From the NCBI GenBank assembly GCA_965222605.1, contig OZ244960.1, positions 4,448,001 through 4,512,000 of the forward strand: a DNA stretch of 64,000 nucleotides. Direction: 5' to 3'. Below the pieces are notes generated by a model that saw only the letters and a program-made list of their open reading frames with translations, made no database searches and was not told the origin of the DNA. Source of the DNA: Candidatus Latescibacterota bacterium (lineage in GTDB: Bacteria; Latescibacterota; UBA2968). The position numbers and the translations under genes are program-made. Below are positions 56,899-64,000 of the stretch, piece by piece; the first letter of the stretch is position 1, and each line of letters starts with the position of its first letter.

Positions 56899-59057
56899 TT
56901 GACATACTAAAACATCTGCTTGAAGGCCGCTACCGAATCTCGACGCAACTCTATCTGGGCATTGGCGGGGCTGTTGTCCTCACTATGGGGGCGAGTCTGG
57001 TTGGCTGGCTTTCCTTCAACAGCGTGGGTGACGCGCAAAGTCGCGTGAATGAAGGCAGTGTGCCCGGAATGGCAGCCGCATTTGGAGTCGCTCAACAAAG
57101 CGGTGCTCTTGTAGCTGCAGCCCCGCGCCTGGTCGCAGCTACAACACTGGATGTCTTTGATCAGGTTGCCGCTGAAATCGGCAAAGAGCAAAGTGCCTTT
57201 GAAGCGCAGTTGGTGGCTCTGACGCAGCAAGGTGAAGAAGAGGAACGCTTCAGTCGCATTCGCGCCCAGGGTGGTACGCTGATCTCAAATATCGAGGCAA
57301 TTGAAAGCTCGGTAGCCGAGCGTTTTGATCTGCAAGCACGAAGCGAAGCCCTGCGTGCAGAACTGGTCAAAGTGCGCAACGAACTGGTTGATGTCATGGG
57401 TCCGCTTATTGACGATCAGTTATTCTACGCTATGACGGGGTATCGCAATCTCGGCGAAGCACCCGCGCCGCTTACACAGCACTTGTCGAGAAAAGAGTTC
57501 GACCACTATCGCCATCTGGCTGCGTTGCAAGCAGACGCGACCATAGCAATCCAGCTTCTGTCGAGTGCTTTCAATCTTTCGGACGCACCCCTGATTGAAC
57601 CATTGCGGGAGCGCTTTGAGGCTGCTAAAGACAGGATTGAATGGAGTCTATCGGCACTCGGAACAGCCCGTGCGCGCAGTCAGGTCGCCCCGACATGTGC
57701 CCGCCTGTACCAGTTGGGGCTGGGAGAGCAAGGGGGCTTCGACCTGCGTGCACGAGAACTCGAACTCGCTGCGCACCAGCGAGATCTGCTCGCACACAAT
57801 CAGTCTCTGGCCCTTGATCTAATCGCTGAGGCCGAAGGGCTGGTAAGCTCAGCTCGCATAAGCGCGCAGGAAGCTACCCTCGCTTCCACGCAGGCCATCG
57901 GCACCGGGCGCAGTCTTCTGTTGGTTTTGAATGTGATCAGCATTACTGGCGCGTTGTTGATCGCCTATTTATTTGTGGGACGAATGCTGTTGCCCCGTCT
58001 CGAGCGACTATCCGAACGGATGCGCCGCATGGCTGATGGCGACCTGGAGGGCAAGGTCGAGATCGGTGGGCACGACGAGGTGGCAGACATGGCCGCAGCC
58101 CTTGAGATTTTTCGCCGCCATGCTCTGGAGGTGCAGCGCCTGAATCTGGTGGAAAAACTGGCCGAAGAGTTGCAATCTAAGAACGCAGAGCTTGAAAAGG
58201 TGCTGGACGAATTGCGTGTGGCGCAGGACCAGATCGTCATGCGCGAGAAATTGGCCGCGCTCGGCGAACTCACTGCAGGTGTGGCGCATGAGATCAAAAA
58301 TCCGCTGAATTTTGTGAAAAATTTCTCGGAAGCGTCGGAAGAACTGATGGAAGAGTTGACAGAGGTCCTGGACGAGAGTGCTAACGCACTGGACGAGGAG
58401 CAGCGCGAATTGGTTGACGAGATATGCCAGGATCTCACCGACAACATGGGGCGCATCCTCCAACACGGCAACCGCGCCGACAGCATCGTTCACGACATGC
58501 TCATGATGGGGCGTGGCTCTGGTGAGCGACAGCCCACTGAGATCAACAATCTGCTCAATGAACACGCCCGCCTTGCCTACCACAGCGCACGGGCGACTGA
58601 TGCGGATTTCAACTTGACTATCGAGCAGGATTTCGACCCGGAGGCGGGGCAAATTGAGGTCGTTCCGCAGGATCTGGGGCGCGTCTTTCTCAACATGGTA
58701 GGCAATGCCTGCTACGCTACCGACGAGAAACGGCGTGCTATCGAATCAGATGCTGGCGAGACCTATTTCCCGACCCTGTCGCTGATTACCAGACGCATGG
58801 ATGATCGGATAGAGGTGTGCATACGGGACAACGGGAATGGGATGCCGCCCGAGGTTATCGAGAAAATTTTCAATCCTTTCTTTACCACAAAACCGACAGA
58901 CAAAGGCACTGGCCTCGGCCTTGCTCTTTCCAACGATATCGTGCGCGAACACGGGGGAACCATCCGTGTCGTATCCGAACCCGGTGAATTCACCGAGATG
59001 ATAGTCGAATTGCCTTTGGTGCCGCCCGCGGTGACGACTGAAGAGGTAGCGAGCTAA
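56895..59057 (+). CDS. Sensor histidine kinase with TorS-like periplasmic domain, HAMP, HisKA and HATPase
   Basis: TM1-long helical periplasmic domain-TM2, HAMP (DEVADMA), AHEIKNPL, N box, DNGNG, FFTTK, GTGLGL. Confidence 0.88.
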   Translation: MIDILKHLLEGRYRISTQLYLGIGGAVVLTMGASLVGWLSFNSVGDAQSRVNEGSVPGMAAAFGVAQQSGALVAAAPRLVAATTLDVFDQVAAEIGKEQSAFEAQLVALTQQGEEEERFSRIRAQGGTLISNIEAIESSVAERFDLQARSEALRAELVKVRNELVDVMGPLIDDQLFYAMTGYRNLGEAPAPLTQHLSRKEFDHYRHLAALQADATIAIQLLSSAFNLSDAPLIEPLRERFEAAKDRIEWSLSALGTARARSQVAPTCARLYQLGLGEQGGFDLRARELELAAHQRDLLAHNQSLALDLIAEAEGLVSSARISAQEATLASTQAIGTGRSLLLVLNVISITGALLIAYLFVGRMLLPRLERLSERMRRMADGDLEGKVEIGGHDEVADMAAALEIFRRHALEVQRLNLVEKLAEELQSKNAELEKVLDELRVAQDQIVMREKLAALGELTAGVAHEIKNPLNFVKNFSEASEELMEELTEVLDESANALDEEQRELVDEICQDLTDNMGRILQHGNRADSIVHDMLMMGRGSGERQPTEINNLLNEHARLAYHSARATDADFNLTIEQDFDPEAGQIEVVPQDLGRVFLNMVGNACYATDEKRRAIESDAGETYFPTLSLITRRMDDRIEVCIRDNGNGMPPEVIEKIFNPFFTTKPTDKGTGLGLALSNDIVREHGGTIRVVSEPGEFTEMIVELPLVPPAVTTEEVAS

Positions 59058-59100
59058 AGGGAGTAGAGGCACTGTCTCATCACGATGGGAGGAGATAGCC

Positions 59101-60498
59101 ATGCGAACATTTTCAAAAGCCCTTATTCATCACCGATTCACCACATTGGTGGGAAAAACACTCGCGGTGCTCGGCTTCCTTGCGTGTGCTACAACTGCCG
59201 CGCATGCGGCGGTTGACGAGGAAACCCTGTTCGTCTTCAACACTTTTTCCTTTCTCGTTTGGGGCGCGTTGGTGATGTGGATGTGCGCGGGATTTACCAT
59301 GCTCGAGTCCGGCTCTGTGCGCACCAAGAATGCCTCCATGATTTGCCTGAAAAATATCGGCCTCTATTCCATTGCCGGGCTTGCCTACTATTTTATCGGC
59401 TATAATCTCATGTATGTCGATGTGGGGAATGTGATCGGGTCATTCAAATTCTTATATGGAGCGTCTGGCGATGAGCTTGCTCTGCTATCAGCGGAAAATG
59501 ACGCTGCAAAGGCGGCCGCAACGGCGGCAGTGATTAAGAACGGCTATTCCACCATGTCCGACTGGTTTTTCCAGATGGTCTTTGTGGCGACCACTGCTTC
59601 CATTGTTTCCGGAACCCTGGCCGAACGAGTCAAGATGTGGTCGTTCTTTGTTTTTATTTTCGTGCTGACAGCGATTATATATCCCATCGTCGGTGCGTGG
59701 ACATGGGGCGAGGGATGGCTAAGTGCGATGGGTTTCAAGGATTTTGCTGGATCGACCATCGTGCATAGCACTGGTGGCTGGGCGGCACTTGCTGGCGCGA
59801 TAGTCGTTGGACCGAGGCTCGGCAAATTCCGCAGCGATGGTACGATCAAATCTACTCCGCCCTCCAATATTCTTGTGGTGACGCTGGGCGTCTTTATTCT
59901 ATGGTTTGGCTGGTTCGGATTCAACGGTGGATCGCAACTGGCATTGGGAAGCGCGTTCGACGCAGTAGCCATGAGTCATGTACTGGTCAATACCAACCTG
60001 GCGGCCGCAGCCGGCGTTATGGCAGCCCTCTTATTTTCGCGGCCCATCCTGGGGCGTACAGATCTATTCGCTGGTTTGAATGGCGCGATCGCTGGCCTGG
60101 TCTCGATTACCGCGGGACCTGATATTGTTGATCACTACTGGGCGGTCATTATTGGTGCTATTGGCGCGGTTTTGTGTACCGCCGGAATCAGGTTCTTGGA
60201 GAAGGTCAAGCTGGATGATGTTGTCGGGGCGATACCGGCTCACTTGTTCGCCGGTATCTGGGGTACTGTGGCGGTCTGCATAGCCGGCGGCGGCAACTTA
60301 GGCGTGCAACTGATCGGCATCGTGGCAGTTGGCGCATTCGTGTTTGTGACTTCGTGGGTGTTGTGGCGCGCAATTGCGATGACGTTGGGCGTGCGTGTGT
60401 CGCGCCAGGTCGAACAATTGGGTCAGGATGTCGGGGAATTGGGAATTGATGCCTATCCCGAATTTGTGCTTATGCCAGAAGAAGATGATGAGGAATAA
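59101..60498 (+). CDS. amt: Ammonium transporter (Amt family)
   Basis: FFQMVF, DFAGSTIVH (His1), WFGFNGGS, DDVVGAIPAH (His2); N-terminal signal-like segment. Confidence 0.94.
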   Translation: MRTFSKALIHHRFTTLVGKTLAVLGFLACATTAAHAAVDEETLFVFNTFSFLVWGALVMWMCAGFTMLESGSVRTKNASMICLKNIGLYSIAGLAYYFIGYNLMYVDVGNVIGSFKFLYGASGDELALLSAENDAAKAAATAAVIKNGYSTMSDWFFQMVFVATTASIVSGTLAERVKMWSFFVFIFVLTAIIYPIVGAWTWGEGWLSAMGFKDFAGSTIVHSTGGWAALAGAIVVGPRLGKFRSDGTIKSTPPSNILVVTLGVFILWFGWFGFNGGSQLALGSAFDAVAMSHVLVNTNLAAAAGVMAALLFSRPILGRTDLFAGLNGAIAGLVSITAGPDIVDHYWAVIIGAIGAVLCTAGIRFLEKVKLDDVVGAIPAHLFAGIWGTVAVCIAGGGNLGVQLIGIVAVGAFVFVTSWVLWRAIAMTLGVRVSRQVEQLGQDVGELGIDAYPEFVLMPEEDDEE

Positions 60499-60504
60499 GC
60501 CTTA

Positions 60505-61446
60505 CTAAGTAGCAAGAATCTTCTGCATATCTTCTGGTGGATGTGCTTCAAACATCATTTCTTTTTTTGTCACGGGATGCACAAATGTCAATTGGGTTGC
60601 GTGGAGCATCTGCCGATTTGTTTGCGCGAGCAGATGGGTTGCCTCTCTCCGAAACAGGGGAGTAATCCCCTGTAGCCGCTCTTCACGTCCGCTGTATATC
60701 GGATCACCAAATACAGGGCGATTGAGATGCGCCAGATGCACTCTGATCTGGTGCGTACGACCTGTCTCCAGTGCGAGAGATAGCAAAGAGAGAAAGTCGT
60801 AACGCGCCTTTATTTTCCAGCGCGTTGCCGCAAATCTTCCATTCTGAGAAACAGCCATTCGTTTTCGATCTTTTGGATGCCTCCCAATAGGTGCTTCTAT
60901 ACGCCCTTCATCTGCTTCAAAGCCCCCCCATATCAGCGCGAGATAACGCCGCTCTATAGCTCTGGCCTCCAACTGGGTAGCCAATCCGCGGTGTCCTGCA
61001 TCACTTTTGGCGACGACCATCAGCCCCGATGTGTCTTTGTCCAGCCGATGTACAATACCCGGTCGCAAAACCCCATTGATACCCGACAAATGCGTACAAT
61101 GTGACAGGAGGGCATTGACGAGTGTTCCCGAGGTCACTCTCCCCGCTGGATGCACAATCATACCCGCAGGTTTGTCGAGTACCAGCACATGGTCATCTTC
61201 AAAAAAAATATCCAGAGGAATATCCTCTGGATTAATTGTACTGTCTATTGGAGGTGGTATATCTACTGTGATACTATCGTCAGCCACCACCCGATAGCTC
61301 GACCGCGTTGTCTTCCCGTTGATGCAAACAGCACCCTCGACAATCAGTTTTTGAAAGCGTGAACGCGAAAATTCGGGGCGTTGATCGGCCAAATAGCGGT
61401 CCAGACGCTGGCCTTCATGTTGGGGCAGAATTTTTAGATGAATCAC
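60505..61446 (-). CDS. rluD: RluA/RluD-family pseudouridine synthase
   Basis: S4 domain (RLDRYL...SRS), VHRLDKDTSG, TGRTHQIRVH; start approximate. Confidence 0.93.
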   Translation of the reverse strand: MIHLKILPQHEGQRLDRYLADQRPEFSRSRFQKLIVEGAVCINGKTTRSSYRVVADDSITVDIPPPIDSTINPEDIPLDIFFEDDHVLVLDKPAGMIVHPAGRVTSGTLVNALLSHCTHLSGINGVLRPGIVHRLDKDTSGLMVVAKSDAGHRGLATQLEARAIERRYLALIWGGFEADEGRIEAPIGRHPKDRKRMAVSQNGRFAATRWKIKARYDFLSLLSLALETGRTHQIRVHLAHLNRPVFGDPIYSGREERLQGITPLFRREATHLLAQTNRQMLHATQLTFVHPVTKKEMMFEAHPPEDMQKILAT

Positions 61447-61912
61447 GGTTATACACCGTCTCACGGCGTTTAGATGTGATGCCAAAAGCAAAAATTAAGA
61501 GGGCGGTTCCCACACTGACGCAGGTATCCGCGAGGTTAAAAACCCACCACCGCGCAGTTCCAATGCCAAAATCGAGAAAATCAATTACGACACCAAATCG
61601 CACGCGGTCGATGATATTGCCAATTGCACCTCCCAGCACCAGAGTTAAACCAATGGCTGCGAGGCGGTCTTCGGGAGGGATACGCCACAGCAACCCACCA
61701 ACCACGAGAAGCGCCACACAAGCCAGTAACAGATGCAGGTATGGGTTGCCCAATCGGATGCCGAATACTGCACCTGGATTGTGAATGTAGGTCAGTCTAA
61801 AAAAAGACCCCAGCACCGGTACAGATTCACCTAAGTTCATGGTTTGCAACACCCACCATTTTGTGAGCTGATCCAGTAACAATGCCACACCTGTAATCCA
61901 CAAAAATTTCAC
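61415..61912 (-). CDS. lspA: Lipoprotein signal peptidase II
   Basis: DQLTK, NPGAVFG, GAIGNIIDR, VIDF, FNLAD; GTG start after GAGG. Confidence 0.93.
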   Translation of the reverse strand: MKFLWITGVALLLDQLTKWWVLQTMNLGESVPVLGSFFRLTYIHNPGAVFGIRLGNPYLHLLLACVALLVVGGLLWRIPPEDRLAAIGLTLVLGGAIGNIIDRVRFGVVIDFLDFGIGTARWWVFNLADTCVSVGTALLIFAFGITSKRRETVYNRDSSKNSAPT

Positions 61913-61919
61913 AAGCACC

Positions 61920-62291
61920 TCATGCCAATTTGTTTTGTTTTTCTTTACAGGGCACGCAAATTTCCGTGGTCGGCACAGCTTCCAGTCTTGCTCTGGGGAT
62001 GGGATGTTTACACTCTCGACACACGCCAAATTTGCGGTTTTTGATGCGCGCTAAAGCGGCTTCAATTTGATCCAAATAAGCACTGTCGCGCGCTGCAAAT
62101 AGAAAAGCCTTTTCGCGTTCCATGGTCGCATTGCCCAAATCGGGCATGTGATCTGAATACGTCAGGTCGCCCGACGATTCTGCCGAGGTGACCTTCATGG
62201 ACTGACTCTGCAAAGTACCCAGGTCTTTAACGATAGAAATGCGTTTGGTCTCTAAAAGATTTTCGAAATAATCCAGATCTTGTTGTGTCAT
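61920..62291 (-). CDS. TraR/DksA C4 zinc-finger protein
   Basis: HMPD coiled-coil tip, ALARI...FGVCREC, RLEAVP...CVPC. Confidence 0.88.
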   Translation of the reverse strand: MTQQDLDYFENLLETKRISIVKDLGTLQSQSMKVTSAESSGDLTYSDHMPDLGNATMEREKAFLFAARDSAYLDQIEAALARIKNRKFGVCRECKHPIPRARLEAVPTTEICVPCKEKQNKLA

Positions 62292-62292
62292 T

Positions 62293-62757
62293 TTATTCCT
62301 TTCTATCCGCAGCTTTCCGAATTTGACGCGCGTTTTCTTCGATTAGCGCGCGTTGTTCCGGCCAAAAAAAGGCAGGGAGTGGATCAAGCGGCACCCACGA
62401 CATACTTTCGTGATGTGTTGTGTCGGTTGGAATGGCCTCAATTTGCTCGGTCGAATACAAAAAATAATGTGTTATTTTCCATTCTGTTTTGTGAAAATCA
62501 AGCCGTTCTTTTATGCCGAGTTTTTCTATGAGTTGCAGTTTTGATATTCCCACTTCTTCTTCGATCTCTCGTCTGGCAGCACATTCGATTTCCTCGCCCG
62601 CTTCAACGTGTCCTTTGGGCAATACATAGTCGGTATGCCCTCTCTCGCGAGCCAGAGCCAGCAAGACCTGATTGCCATCCCGACGCACGACCACACCGCC
62701 TGCAGCATGACGTTCTCGCAACCCTTTGGGGCGTATGTACCAGCTATTGTCGATCAT
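62293..62757 (-). CDS. NUDIX hydrolase
   Basis: AAGGVV, LPKGHVEAGEEIECAARREIEEEVG Nudix box. Confidence 0.9.
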   Translation of the reverse strand: MIDNSWYIRPKGLRERHAAGGVVVRRDGNQVLLALARERGHTDYVLPKGHVEAGEEIECAARREIEEEVGISKLQLIEKLGIKERLDFHKTEWKITHYFLYSTEQIEAIPTDTTHHESMSWVPLDPLPAFFWPEQRALIEENARQIRKAADRKE

Positions 62758-62785
62758 AAAAGTTATCAGTGGCGCGCGTTTTTTA

Positions 62786-63688
62786 TTACTCCCAGTACTT
62801 ATTATATAAAAGACTGAGTCGTTCTTTTGCCGCGCTGGAAATTGCATCTGGCGATGTAATAATCGCAAATTGTGCTGCATTGAGACAATCGCAATCCGAT
62901 GTTCTGGGCAACAGCGCGGCCAATGAGCATACAATTTGATTTGCGTGCTCGGCATTGGTTTTTAACACAGCGACTACAGCTTCTACCGACACATCTTCTT
63001 CAGCTTCATGCCAGCAATCGCAATCGGTGCCCATAGCCAGCATCGCATAACACATTTCAGCCTCGCGTGCGAGCTTGGCTTCGGGCAAAGCCGTCATCCC
63101 GATCACGGTCGCATTGACTTCTCGGCGATAAAAATGAGACTCTGCACGCGTGGAGAACTGCGGCCCTTCCATACAAATATACGTTCCGCCATCGTGGGTG
63201 GTCACCCCGGAATTTTTTGCAGCGGCCAGCAGTAAGTCGCGCAATTCGCCGCAAAAAGGATCGGCAAAGGCGACATGTCCGGCAATGCCCGCACCAAAAA
63301 ATGTGCTTGTACGGATGCCGCGGGTGCGATCAAAAATTTGGTCGGGCACCACCATATCGCCCGGTTTTATGGTTTCCCGCATAATTCCCACAGCACTTAT
63401 CGCCAACAGATGCGTCACGCCCATCTGTTTCATGGCATATATATTGGCGCGATAGGGCACTTCAGAAGGCAACAGCACATGCCCGAGTCCATGACGGGGC
63501 AAAAAATATACCGCTTGGTCGCATATACGCGTTTCGACAACTGCATCTGAAGGCTCGCCAAAAGGTGTGGCAAGGCGATGTTCGGCTATAATTTCCACAC
63601 CTTCCATGTGATAAACACCCGATCCGCCCATAACACCCAGTCGAACAATCTGTTCAGGCATCTTCGTTATCCTGCTCTGTGGCGTCAT
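62786..63688 (-). CDS. mtnP: S-methyl-5'-thioadenosine phosphorylase
   Basis: GGSG, TPFGEPS, PRHG, YRANIYA, EGPQFSTRAES, GMT..PEAKLARE. Confidence 0.93.
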   Translation of the reverse strand: MTPQSRITKMPEQIVRLGVMGGSGVYHMEGVEIIAEHRLATPFGEPSDAVVETRICDQAVYFLPRHGLGHVLLPSEVPYRANIYAMKQMGVTHLLAISAVGIMRETIKPGDMVVPDQIFDRTRGIRTSTFFGAGIAGHVAFADPFCGELRDLLLAAAKNSGVTTHDGGTYICMEGPQFSTRAESHFYRREVNATVIGMTALPEAKLAREAEMCYAMLAMGTDCDCWHEAEEDVSVEAVVAVLKTNAEHANQIVCSLAALLPRTSDCDCLNAAQFAIITSPDAISSAAKERLSLLYNKYWE

Positions 63689-64000
63689 ATTCTTTCGGGA
63701 TATCCTCTTTTACCACATCGAAGGTGGTCGTCACTTCCAACTGGTCCAAAAAATCAGTCTGAACCTGTACCAGAGCCTTAAACTTGGACAAGAACATATT
63801 GCGTTGATTTTGTAAATCCACAAGCTCTGTGCGGATCTCGTGCACCTGCGTGCGCGCTTTTTCAATGGCCCGACTGCTGCGGATCTCTGCTTCTTTCACA
63901 ATCAGCCGCGCTTCTTTGTGCCCATTTTCCTTGACTTCTTCAGCCGTTTGTTGGGCAGTTCTGAGCATCTCCTGGAGGGTTTGCTCTATTGATTGATAGT
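63654..64000 (-). CDS. divIVA: DivIVA-domain protein, 5' end outside the window
   Basis: YQSIEQTLQEMLRTAQQTAEEVKEN..KEARLIVKEAE coiled-coil pattern; position upstream of mtnP/dksA/lspA/rluD. Confidence 0.75.
   Translation of the reverse strand, partial: YQSIEQTLQEMLRTAQQTAEEVKENGHKEARLIVKEAEIRSSRAIEKARTQVHEIRTELVDLQNQRNMFLSKFKALVQVQTDFLDQLEVTTTFDVVKEDIPKEYDATEQDNEDA

Noticed and set aside
1-64000. tRNA, rRNA, CRISPR array, prophage or reverse-transcriptase systems
   Set aside because: No cloverleaf, rRNA-like stretch, repeat-spacer array, phage structural gene or RT motif was seen by eye; a tRNAscan/cmscan run would be needed to exclude them fully.

Overview
Bacterial chromosomal window of moderate GC with lower-GC accessory patches. 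The gene content (two sulfatases, a BNR-4 protein, UPF0182, divIVA-mtnP-dksA-lspA-rluD, many IS) suggests an FCB-type lineage such as Latescibacterota/Gemmatimonadota; this taxonomy is inference only. Contents from left to right: (1) a type I-like restriction-modification locus (hsdR, a repeat-flanked GxxExxY gene, a fused hsdM-hsdS split by IS1380, and a truncated HEPN-like ORF); (2) an orphan outer-membrane factor, an OGG glycosylase, a divergent CysE-like protein and an ABC-2 exporter; (3) a SUF operon sufBCDSUT-rrf2-nfuA; (4) a PqqD pair, lexA, dprA, a sulfatase, a deoxyribosyltransferase, Uma2, kamA, UPF0182 and murQ; (5) an atypical ClpX-like ATPase head-to-head with rqcH; (6) folD with a ZMP/ZTP riboswitch; (7) a Fic / toxin-antitoxin relic island; (8) a plant-like anthranilate-PRT homologue; (9) a sigma-less partner-switching module (STAS, REC-PP2C, RsbW-like kinase, binding protein, TorS-like kinase) ending in an Amt transporter; (10) housekeeping genes. 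Four IS elements from four families (IS1380, IS982, IS66, IS5) have visible terminal inverted repeats and target duplications, and three interrupt genes. The best candidates for undescribed systems are the GxxExxY cassette with its CACGAAGG repeat family, the partner-switch module linked to Amt, and the ClpX-variant/RqcH pair. No tRNA, rRNA or CRISPR array was seen.
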